Origin: Lytechinus pictus
Lineage: Eukaryota
Assembly (NCBI RefSeq): GCF_037042905.1
Contig: NC_087251.1
Coordinates: 42,410,001 to 42,474,000 of the forward strand
Direction of reading: 5' to 3'
DNA length: 64,000 nucleotides
The notes beneath the pieces were generated by a model, which was given only the letters and a program-made list of their open reading frames with translations, was not told the origin of the DNA and searched no databases. The translations under genes and the position numbers were made by a program. Shown here in pieces: positions 12,081 to 24,700 of this stretch (its first letter is position 1; the number at the start of each line of letters is the position of its first letter).

Positions 12081-14872
12081 ATGGAAGTACAATGGCTAGA
12101 AAAGGAGATCGAATTGAACATGAAACACGAAGATATGTAAGTAGGATTTGAATGTCTGATGTAAAACCTAAAATAACCTTAACCTCGGCACGCTTTAACG
12201 TTGGCTGCGGCGCGGCACAGCTCGGACGCCCGTGGCGTCATGATGATCGGTCCACAAGCAAAGCCAGTGCCGTCGCGACCCGTACGGAGCTGAGTAGAGC
12301 AGGCTATAGAGCCATGGGGCCAGGAAATCCATTGCCATTGGATGGTCGTTCGAGGGGGAGGGTCAAGGGATCAGGGAGTTGGGGCATAGATATGTGATTA
12401 AATTTTTTTGTAGTACTCCACCACCCCAACTTGTACAACAATTTTTTAATCTAAATCTACACGTTCGAGTTCTTGTTTATCTATAGTATTAGTAGGCCTA
12501 TTAGTTTTGTTTTTTTACATAGGGTCATAGACATAGGGACTCTACTTAGTTTATCTAAATCTAATGACAGATGTTAATTGTTTTAGGTTTGTTGAATGTT
12601 GAGAGATAGATCTAATGTTAGAGATCAATATAGATCTAGAGAGGGTATAGGTATAGGTGCAGTCACCGTGCAGTGGTATGACTATGAGCAATGAGTATGA
12701 GCCAAAAATGTTGAGGGGGCTAGATATGGCGTATGGCATGAAATTTATCAAAAGTTGTGAACGAGCGAGCAAAACTTTGATATTTTTATTGCAAAATCCA
12801 AATTTGTGATAGATTTTGGCATAATTAATATTCCAAAATTCATATTTCACCCTTACCCTTATCTCTTTCCTTTTCTCTTTTTTTTCTTGGTCATGAAAAA
12901 AATTGGGGGGGGGGGGGGAAGAGCCCCCAGCCCCCCCCCCCCATCTGTACCCCAGTGGGTTGGTGAATACACCTGATAGCAGACATAACTTTGCTAATAA
13001 ATAGTTACAGACGTGACATGGTTAAATAAGCTAGTTGATTACGGTTATTCAACAGGAAGAAACAAAGAAGAATGTTTATTTCTCGCACCTGGCCCATTCA
13101 CATTGTTTGGTGACATATATATGCACTGACATTGGATCTATACTTCATGTTTGTTCATATTTAAATTACTTTTATAACAGTTTTGTTTAAAAAATAGAAT
13201 TTCTTTCTATTTTGATTCTCATACCAGAGTATCCAGAAGAGAGTTTCTTTTACAAAAGTCAACAGAGAATCTCAACAATCAAGAAGTATTCCAGTCTTCT
13301 GCTGCAAGTTATAGGAGCAGAGCGACCAAGAGAAATAAAAAACTACTTCAGGTATAACACATTTACATTTAAGTTAGCAAATATCACAGTTGGTGAAGAT
13401 GACGGGCAATACAAAACTATCACTTTTAAGGCAAGCTAGGTCTTTCTGAAGCAATTAAAGCTGAGAAAATAAACATCGACCCAGCTGAGCAAGGAAGTGA
13501 TAGATTATCCACCATCTTTACAAATGAATTGTGATTATGAATTATGATATAGTTCTATTATTCTTTAACTTTTTGAATTGCAGATGTTGCAGAAAGCTGT
13601 AAGACAGGGAATCATATAGGCCTACTAAGGTCTTACACTCTGTTCCGATGTACTATGTATTATTAACAATATGGTGAGCTGACAAGATTAAAACAGAAGG
13701 AGAAGCAGGAAGAGAGGAGATGGAGGAGGAGTGTCCTAGAATTGACAATGAAATAAAACAAAACATTTGTTTAGAATATAGAAGTTGCTGCTAAAGTGCC
13801 TGTGATTTAAATCATATACTGTTCATAAATACTTGTTTGCCACTTTATGTTTTCCTGTCCTTATTTATTTTTCCAAGGATATAGACAAATGTAAAGAAAG
13901 CATCAAGAAAAGCTTGGGGAAGCCACAACCTACTGAGCTTGTTACTTTAAAGGTATATCTTCATGTTACTAGTATGGTATTGTAAACTAAATTTAAGACT
14001 CAACAAATGATTGAATACTTATAGTATCCATGAACAATTGTAGTATGATTTATTTTAATCATTGTAGTACATCATTTGGGTATCATGCCTTGTAAAAATT
14101 AAGACCTCATCCATCACAGAATACAGAATATTTGAGATATAAAGAACATTGGGAATCATATCTATGGATTCGAAAGATATGTAATGAAGGGCATTTCTGG
14201 TTTTCCATTGTTTTGGTTTGTGACAAGAAATCAGTCTCTCATCAAAGGCTTGGTCCCACTGCACTTACTGAGAGAGGATGTAAAACGTAAAAGAATCTTG
14301 CCATCCGTTGGAAAACGTGTATCCGTCGTGTACTCTTTGCATACGTGTTTCATACGCTCTATATCCATTGAGCATCCGTCCACTGTGATTTCATTGTTCG
14401 CCCATTTTGCCCATTGTCTAGAGCGGATGAAAACGGATGGAGCCACCCCGAAATTTGGCTTGTCCACTGTATCTGCTATGAATATGTTTAGTGGTCGTCT
14501 GCCAGTGGGAAAGGAGGCTACCAAAGACATTGCCTTTGTGTCCTATAGTTTGACCACAATGCCCCTCGCATATTGGCCTTCAAGATCAAGATTTTTTTGA
14601 ACCCTTATTTTATTGTGCCGGCCAAACCACGTCAAAGAAGGTTCCCTGTGGAAAGTGGGCTTGTCCTTAAAATATTCAAATTTAAGACCTCGAGAATTTC
14701 CTTTGTATGAAGCAGTACATAGTGACAGATCATTATGATTAATGTTGACCATATGTTTCATTTTTTTTTGGCTTATCAGGAGAAATACTGGGCCATGATT
14801 GAAGAGGAATTACCCGCGTGGAAGTCAGATGTGAAATCGGCGAGAAAGAGTAATCCATCCAGTGCTAGATGA
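12081..14872 (+). CDS. CEP15: Centrosomal protein 15 / C3orf14-like small coiled-coil protein, 4 exons, 115 aa
   Basis: Exons 12081-12136, 13228-13351, 13878-13952 and 14780-14872 join in frame (348 nt) with GT-AG borders: MEVQWLEKEIELNMKHEDIVSRREFLLQK...ATKRNKKLLQDIDKCKESI...PQPTELVTLKEKYWAMIEEELPAWKS...*. This resembles vertebrate C3orf14 motifs as I recall them (EIRLSKRHEEIVSQR, KRNLSLLKDIE, YWASVEEYIPKW). The gene is not visible as a single ORF in the track. Confidence 0.85.
14246..14519. mobile_element. Decayed Harbinger-like MITE in CEP15 intron 3
   Basis: Imperfect ends aggcttggtcccactg / cagtgggaaaggaggct and repeated catccgt/acggatg motifs. Confidence 0.4.
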
Positions 14873-17800
14873 TTAAATATTCTTATCTTTCCTTGGGGAG
14901 TTTGTGCAATAGCCAATACATTGAATCCATCCATCAGATAATTCTATATTACGAGAATTCAGGCTTTATTATGTAACTATGTGTATGCCTGCTCGGAATT
15001 AGTCTTTGTCATATATATCATATTCACCTTGAAATTATCTGATATGAATGATTGATATTGATAAAGAACACTCTTATTCTCATTATAGTGTGCCATCAGT
15101 GTGCCATAACCATTTTGTTTGTACAGTTAGCCCTGTGAAAAAACCCACAATTAAATCAATCGCCCAAAGTATTACAAAACGAAAATCTATTTGCTGTTGC
15201 AACCCCTACTGTTATGAGAAAATCTACTCCAAACCGTGTAGGCCTACAAATATGCAATCATAAAATAATGATTTTATGTTAGAGTGTCTGAAATCAAATT
15301 TTTGTTAGGCCTTTTTTGTACATTAAATGAAAAAAAAATGTGGATAGATTTTTAGCAGTGTATGTTTGTTTTGTGCACATGAAAGTTAGGATAGCATTAT
15401 TTGGGTGTAACAAAATCATATCTTCTTTTGTCATATTAATGTGATGGAAATATGTATTTGGTAGACAGATTGTTAATTGTTGAAATGAATTAATAATTGA
15501 AATATTGAATTTGTCTAAGAATTGTATACCTTTTTTGTTAAGAAATACAATAGAAACAAGATGCATATACACACAGTACTTCTTTTGATAGTCAGGATCA
15601 TTAAGACTGAATATGGTGTTAATATGCATGTACATATATTTGGAGGTTATGGCTATGCTCATATTGTTCAGTCATCTTGAATTTCAGCATTGACCTCATT
15701 CGTTATGACGATAGGTATGATGCCAGTTGACAACTTAAGATTCCAAAGAACATCCGGGAAAACCGAAGTTGAGATGTATAAAGCATGTGTACGGGGATGA
15801 TTTTCTTGTCATGTCTGAACACTATACACCCCAGTATGAGGTATATGAGGACCTGGTAGGAATGTATTCCTTGAAATGTAGAGCACCTAACAGGGACTCT
15901 CAAGCTCATTATGTGGCATTTATTGTAGAGCGCTTGGATACTTCTTCCGGTACATATATATAATTATGAAGTATAGTCATTGTCTTATGATCCATGAATG
16001 TTAATGTAAAAGCAAGTTCTTTCACAAGTGGCCACCAATAAACAGCAAACTCAAATAAGTTGCCCTGTTAATGTGCTAAGAATGAAACAGCTCACTTAAC
16101 ATTTCATTGTCTGGTGAATATCTTTCACTTTGGCAAGGTTTGAATGTGCAAGAGTCCAATGCGCAAAGTTAAGTGTACTAGACTTGAAATAAGAAATGTA
16201 GGTTACCAGATAATTGATCATTGGTAAAGGGTTAGTCTATCTTTATATTAAGTTGGTTTTAAAGGAATCAGAATAATTGAAGGATCGGCAAAAACTTTAC
16301 TCTTTTCACAGTTTGATTATGCGGTGTCGCATGCTTCATATGCAGTGTGCCTTAATATGAAATAAATTGCATTTTTTCTATGGATCATGTCTTCATGATG
16401 AATTCATTATTTGTTTTATTTTTTTCATAGAAGCACTGTGACCCAGTTCTCATTTACTTTCTTGAACTTGTTTCCCCCATAAACCAGTTTAGGGTATCAG
16501 TTTAGAAGACTGCTTCATGAGCATTCTCATCACCATCTCCTGAACTGGTTTTCAGAACCACTTCATGTAAAGTGGTCTTGTTGCGATAGGAATGTTCTCA
16601 GTGGAGTCACATGTTTCGCGTGAAATTTGAAACCAAATTTCATGTTAAAAGTAAAATTATTTACACTTTACAGGAAAAAAATGGACATGATATTTATACA
16701 GTACAATTGTAGTAAAATATATAAAACTGATGTTACGAAAATATAAAACATTTCAAAATCACAACTAATTGGTTTGGATCTTTTATTTCGCTTTTATTAG
16801 AAACGTGTTGGGAGCAGGTGCACTAAACTTAAATCAAATAGACTCACAGATATAAATTGTGATGAAATGACAATCTTTATTTTTAGAATACATTCAAATA
16901 TTCTTACTACCATTGAGGGTCATAGTCATTCACAAATTACATGGATAAAAATTGGGGTGATGTTAAGTTGGTTTCAATAAAAGAAAACAAACATGATTGA
17001 GGTTTGGCAAAAATTTACGTCGCATGCAAGGTTCCCCTCCATACAGTGAATCACAAACTTAAATTGCAGTTTTTAACCACAAAAAAAATCAACAAAACAA
17101 ACCAACTCGCATTGATACATGTTGATGAAATGGCAATCTTTATTAAAAGAAATGAATACTTTCAAATATTCTTACATACATTGTGTGCCATAGTCATCCA
17201 CAAATTACACTGACAAAAGGTTGGGGTATACGGGGAACTTTCAAAATCATTTCAGCTGAGTAGAAATGGGCAACAAAATCTAATGATTAATAATGGTTTA
17301 CAGTTATCTCTGTAGGCACAGGACAAATATGCAGATTTTGGTTGATTGAATTCAACCAAATATCAGGAACTGATCTATCAATAAAAATCCCTCTTCGCAC
17401 TTTGTCCTTTCGTTGCACATCAGTTAATGAGGGCACCATAACCTTTTTATTTGTTATACCATATTATCAAGTATTTTCAGAGATAAAGAAATGGGTTTCG
17501 TGAGCTTTTGTTAAATTGATGTGAATTGGCCAGGTGTGAGTAAAAGTTTGTCTTCATGAAGAAGTTGAGTTTAATCAACAAGTGAAATCGACCCTTTTTT
17601 TTTTTTAACAATGGCTTTATTTCAAGTTAAAAGTACTAGCATATCACAGTAGAACTTCTAAATTATCAAAAACTTTGACAGACCAAAGGCAACAAAATTA
17701 TTCTTCCTCAACTTGTTGAATTTGGCCAGAAAATGCATATATGCTTTCACAACATGATCACATAATTTTCCACAACTCGGCTTTTCCCTCCTAAACATCC

Positions 17801-18709
17801 CCAAATTAAGATGAGCAATTCGATTGGCAATACGAAGTGATTAACCAAATTTTTTCACATACAGTATGTGTCACAGGACTTTGGCAAAACATATTGGGGG
17901 ATTTCAATTTCAGCGCAAGTGCTGGTATTGGGGATAGAAGAACAATTTGAGTTTACAAATATGATCTAAATCTATGATCCAAATCACATAACTGATAGCT
18001 CAAAGTGAGATTCGTCACAGGGCCAGTTTCATTTGAAGTTTGGTGCTGTGCCAACATAAAAATTTATACCTAATACCAACACCAAAAGGTCATCAAACTT
18101 AATATCACCCTTTTTATATATAAACACTCAGTAAAGGGGAAGTTCACCCTAACAAGTTGGTTTTAATAAAAGAAAACTTCAAGCAAATATTGAAGTTTTG
18201 ATGACATACATGTATGCAGTTATGAAATTTCAAATTTTGATTTTGTGACATAACAGACGAGCAGTTCTTCCATATAAGATTCACAACTCTTGTTCTTTGA
18301 TGGATCTTAATGAAAATTTCACCGGTATTTTTCTCCAACTTTTTGTTTCTTATTAAAAACAATTTGTCATCGGAGTGAAATTCCATTTTTAGCATATAAA
18401 GAGCATGATGTCTTATACCACACATGATTAAAATTTGGGTCATTTTTGGACAATAATCTCTTGCAAAATTCTTAAAAATCTCAATCAAAGAGAAAGATAC
18501 CACTTTTCTTTGTATTTATCATCATGTATCTTACATATTTATTAAATTGATTTCACTGAATTAAAGTACTGCCATTTACATGTAACCTGTTAAAAAAAAA
18601 AAAATCAAGCGGATGTTATTTGTGTACCATATTTACAAATGACTCACTGAAAATAAAGAAATGTTTCAGATAGCCTTATATACATACGAGACATTTCAAT
18701 GTGTATGAA

Positions 18710-21700
18710 TCAGAATTTGAATTCCTTGTATTTCTTGGGGGCCCTTCCACTGTCCTGAGTCTGCTTCTTACGCTTGTTCTGGGAAAGGAAACAAAAATGA
18801 TTGGAGAACGGTAAATAAATAAAGCAAAGAAGGAAAGGATTTATGAAATGCGACATCAATATTACAAATGATAACATTAGGTTTTATGGCAAACTGTATA
18901 CTAAAGAATTACGACATAGAGAGTTGATAAAAGCGCTCGATTTACTATCCTTTTTATTTACAAATGATCATAAGATCGATTGGGTCTCTTTATGCTACAG
19001 GTCACTTGGATTGAAAATGTACAAAGAGGATTAATATCTTTCAACACCTTAGTAGAATAGCACATTAGCAAAGTTATTTATTCGTGATGGAGCAAATAAA
19101 TACCTGAAATTTGTTCACATTCAGATTAACTTATATCTGTCAAATTCTACAGATATATTCAAGCAGTTAATCAAATTGAAAAACTTCATAAGGGCCATAT
19201 ACACATTCTTGATTGCTCTGCCACTGCCAAATCAAGGATCTATTACACATGTAATGATCTTGAAATATTAAAAGATTATCATCACTTCCACATGTGTAAC
19301 ATGAGCCCAGTTTGAAGTTGGACCCTCGAATGGTTCTTCAACTTATCAAGAGAAACCCAAATTTTCATGTATCTAATGACCTCTGTAAACTTTGATCTTG
19401 ATAGCAACAAAATAATCAGATCACAGTCACTCCTATACAGGAACATGTTCTTAGACCAAATTTGATCTGTAAAACAGCACTTTAGATATTGTAAGAATGA
19501 AGACAAACCCCCTTCCCCCCAAAAAAGGAAGAAAATGCCAAAAAATGCATCCAACAACCACCCAGACAGATAGGATTTTCAGCAATAAGAAAGTACACAA
19601 GATGACCTTACCTTTTGTTTCGCGGCATGTTCAGCTACCATGTCACTGAAGTCTTCCTTCTCAAGTTGGCTCTGTTGTTCTCTGACTTGCTCCTCGTACC
19701 TGATGCGGGATTAAAGACAATATCATAGTATTTATTCAGAAAAAATGTGAACTTGGAGATATTAACACTGTTACAATTCGACGCTTCCACAAGGAAACCT
19801 TTGTATCCCCACCTAGGTTAAATCTCTTTTGTGATTTCAGGCCTGGCATCCTCAGTGTAGAGAAACATTGGTTTTATTCAGAATAGATGTAATTACAAAA
19901 TAATTAAAGATATAGGCCCGTATTCTGAAGTCAGGTTTAACGTAGACCATGGTCTAACTCTGTGCTAAAATTATGGGAAGCCAGAAGTGTCAACATTTTT
20001 ATTAAGTTGTATGTTTCTTATGTTTACTGTGCTCTTTCCCGATTCATCGATGGTGAAGACAATAATCTATTTATACTTCCTAGACAATTATGAATGATTT
20101 GAGAGCAAAATGAGCTGATATGTGATATCTCTACCGTTTGTGATTTATGTAACAATTGGCTATCCATACTTCAACCACAATTTGAAACCTAAGTTTAAGT
20201 TTAAACCCGACATCAGAATACGGGCCAGAGTAATCAAAATGACTGAACGACACAAAGAGATTTTTATTCCCTATAAAAGTAATCTAAAATGATTTTGAAC
20301 TGAATAAGAGATGTTACTCACTTGGCTGTCATAGCTTCTGTGTCCATGTCCAACTCGCTTGGATCCAAGGCAATAGCTACTCCTTCACTGGCTGTTCCTG
20401 TTGGTTTCTTCACACCAGCCTATAAATAAGATACATACACACCATTAACACACTATGTTACATAATCAAGCTTGAAGAGTTTTATCGAGTTACATCTGAG
20501 AAATATCCATTAAGGATTCAGTGATTATTATGCTAAAGCCAAATAGTAAAAAGCACCAACATTTTTTTTTCTTAATGAGAAATGCCAGTAGTTGCAGTGT
20601 TCACTGATTTCATGAGAAAGTCTGTAAAACCAGGCTTAATTGTCAGTATATCATCGAGGATCTAGATCTGGTACAGTTACATAAACTGAACTTAGTGAAA
20701 TCTTGAAATCTACGCTGAAAAATGTTCACACTGAAGATCACCAACACAGATAAGCGCACGTGGGACAGTGTATTATTATTGCTTTGAATGTCGGCCCGAC
20801 GCTTGACCCGAATCCTGTGCTTATTTGCTAATTTCTCAGTAATTACACAATTTCTTCCAGAATCCTTTGGCACATATCTTTTATTTACACAAACAGACAC
20901 TTTGGTGGTGATTTCATTGGATTCTGTACAAACTTATTTTGAGATCGTTACCACAACTGGCATTTACCTTTAATCAAGAAATATGTTGATAAGCAAAAAA
21001 TTGAAACAAAAATCAACAAAAAAATAAATATATAATTAATAAATAAAAGGTCTTCAGTATTTCAAGTGTCTTTTAAGATTGAATTTCTGATGAATTCATA
21101 TGAAAACCTATAAAATTATGCCAAATTGTATCAAATTATACCTAGCATAATGCTAGAGGCCAAGAGAGGTAAAAGCAGACTAAAATCATAATTATGCTAA
21201 CAACTATGGTAAAATACATAGAATAAGGAAATAACAATAGAAAGACATCAAGACATAAAAAAATATATATTATACAGTCCAACATGTGTTTCTGGCCACC
21301 TGTCTATAATGGCCACTAAAACTGATCCCCATGAAGATAGAGTGTGAGTAGAAGAACCTGTCTACAGCAGCCACCTGTCTATAATGGCCACTAAAACTGA
21401 TTCCCATGAAGATAGAGTGTGAGTAGAAGAACCTGTCTATAGCAGCCACCTGTCTATAATGGCCACTAAAACCGATTCCCATGAAGATAGTGTGAGTAGA
21501 AGAACCTGTCTATAGCAGCCACCTGTCTATAATGGCCACTAAAACCATTTCCCATGAAGATAGTGTGAGTAGAAGAACCTGTCTATAGCAGCCACCTGTC
21601 TATAATGGCCACTAAAACCGATTCCCATGAAGATAGTGTGAGTAGAAGAACCTGTCTATAGCAGCCACCTGTCTATAAGGTTTCTCTGTATTGAAGTTGG

Positions 21701-24700
21701 TAGGTGTGTGAGAACTGACACATAATATTTAATAATAATGATGATAATAATAACAATAATAATAATAAAATTTATATAGCACAGCCACTATATAGATATA
21801 CTCTACTGCGCTTTGGCTACTCCCATTGCTTATACTACTTAATAAAAATGATGATCTACTTAAACGCTTCCCTATACAGATGTGTCTTCAATAATATTTT
21901 GAAAGCAGGTACAGATTGGGCCATTCTAATTCTAAGGGGAAGTTGGTTCCACAGTTTCGGAGCTGCGTAGCTAAATGCACAGTCTCCAAGAGTTGCTTTG
22001 GTTTCAGAGTGGAGTATTTTCCACAGGAACTTTGCTACAAATAGAACCCACCATGAACCCGCATTGCAAGTGAGTAAGTTACTTACTGGAGGAAGGTCAT
22101 ACACGTGAGTAGAGCCAACCATGGCAGCTCCAACGTTGGTCTTCTTCTCTTGGATAACGGTGTACAACTGAGGAGTCTCGGCGCCCTGCTCCATGGCGTC
22201 TTCTATCTTCTTCTTACGTAGCTCTATCATGTCTGGTGTCTCCATACCAGTAGGGATAGAGGTCAGGCCGCTCGGTGTGATCAAACCACTAGAAGAAAAG
22301 GTAATAGAATGAATACTAGTTACATTTAAGTTATGCTTACTAGTATTTTAGCATTCTTTAAATCTTGCACTAGACACATATTCATATCCCTGTTTATTTC
22401 AATAATTGATCTGCATTATCTTTTCGCAAATATATATATACTTTTTCATGAAGCTAATTCATTATCATCACACTGAAATACGCCAGTGACATTATTGAAG
22501 CCTAAAACATTGATTTTGATAAAACTAGTGAAAAAAAATTATGTTTGTGAAGTTTACCTTGAAATTCAATAATATTGAGTACTTTTGTTCTACCTTACTC
22601 AACCAAAATCATGCATAACTTCAGAAACATGTACTCTGGCATCGCAAATATACCCCCCCCCCCCAACTCGGTTAAGTTTTGTAGAAATCAAAATATGATT
22701 CCTGATTAAAAATTAATATATTTTATATACCCATCGGCAGGAGTAATAAGACCAGTTTCATCTATCTCTCCAGGCTCTCTCTCTTCTTCACTCTCCTCCT
22801 CTGATGATGACTCTTCAGATTCACTCTCCAACTCTCCCCATCTCGTTCTGTCCATCTCTTCTTCTTCCTCAGCCTAAACAAAACAACAAGACAGGAAAAG
22901 GGTTAAGAACGTATTCCACATATACTAATATGACATAAATCCCTCAAATTCTCAATGAAAACCTGTATTAAAAGCTTAACCCTTAATAGACTGGGCTATT
23001 TCGACGCCTAAGAAGACGGGGGGGGGGGGCTGAATCAGCCCCCCCTAATGATCTCGGCCATCAATCGCGGGATCACAGCGAAAAATGGCACGCGCGCTAC
23101 CCATGGCATAATCTAATACATGTAGTTGCAGCAAACAATGATTTCATAAGAGAGTCACTAAAATTAAGGTTAACTGTCCCTAACTCATCATGTATCCAAT
23201 TCTGGTTCCATGAAATCATGATATATAAGCTGAAAATGATCACATCAAAGATTACCAACACTGATAGGCAAATGTGGGACATTGAGTATTTATTGCTAGA
23301 AGAAAAAAAAAGACTTAACACCCGGCTGGAATTCCATGCTTATTTTGTCCATTACTTTGCAAATACACATTTTCTGACAAAATAATTTTGACACGTAATT
23401 CTTTATTCATACATACAAATACTCAGGTGCTCATTCAATGGATTCTAATCAAAATACTTTTTTAGATCGTTACTACAGCTGGCATTAATATCTAAGAATT
23501 GAGTGCTATCTACCTGCAAACCTCTTGTCATGATGCTAAATTGGCAACAAATTCAATTACAATCTCAATATCAATAATCAAGAATACTTTAAGAAAATCT
23601 GAGGTCAAGAATACATTCACAAAACTTACAGGACACATAATAACATTAAATTCTCTATAAACTGGGTAATTATTTAAGTCTATATTAGCAACAAAGTTAC
23701 CATAGTTCATGTACCTGCCAACTATTTGGCATGATCCCAAATCGACAGCAAATTCATTTACAATCACTTTGTCAGTTATCAAGAATTTCAATTTGAGAAG
23801 ACAAAGTAACATAACATAACAAATCATTCAATTCTCTGTAAACTAAATATTACAAATAAATAACTACATTGTAATGAAATGGGTTAGACCTAGTAGACCA
23901 CAATTATCTAACTTATCTTGATGTTTACTAAAAGAAATCAAACTTCTGGGATATGAAATTAAGTTACCTTGAGGTCAGCTGCATCTGTGCCAAAGACATT
24001 TCCATAGAGAGGTTTACCACTCTGATCAACAGGGGGTTTCCCCCAACCTCCAGCATGATAACCAAATGAACAACTCTGCACAAATACAAAAATTTCAGCA
24101 TTCAAATGAAAACACATGAACAAATTACTATAAAATTGGTAAGTATGAGGTTTCCACAAAGTACAAATTGTTCAGACTTATTCTATTTACTTTCATCAAT
24201 CCAATAAAACATAAATAAATGAAAGTCTGCATGAAATTCACCACTAAAAGATAAGGTCTGGTTTTTACAGATACCTCATAACGAATTCAAATAAAACTTT
24301 GTAGAATAAAGAAAAAAAAAGCCATGAAATGGCAGTATTGAATACCAAATTATAGTATAAAAAGGGAAATAAACGAAGAACAAAGGACATTATTTATTGG
24401 CATTTTTATAACCAATTACGATTAAGATCATATTGTAGAGCATTTTTCATGCATTTTCAGCTGTAAAAATACTCCCCAAGTTTTCATTACAAAACATCCA
24501 GTTTTTTTTAAGGAAAACATTAAATTAATAGTAATTAAATAATAATATAAAACAACCTCTATAAAGAAGATTTTCAATAAAAACTTTGCAAAATATACTC
24601 TGTTTTTAGTAATAATTGTATTAAATATTTCATATCTTTCTATGTTGTTTCTTAACTTTCATCAATGACCTTTGTCAGCTTACTGATGACACTTTAACTA

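Noticed and set aside
14231..14761. Two in-frame minus-strand ORFs (72 and 99 aa, one TAG between them) nested in CEP15 intron 3, plus a 138-aa antisense ORF
   Set aside because: No recognisable domain. Much of it coincides with a decayed inverted-repeat element (14246-14519), and the ATG sits in the complement of the acceptor polypyrimidine tract. A BLASTX hit would reopen it.
21273..21680. Regular repeat array superficially resembling CRISPR
   Set aside because: The units repeat in full with no unique spacers, there are no cas genes, and it lies in a eukaryotic intron.
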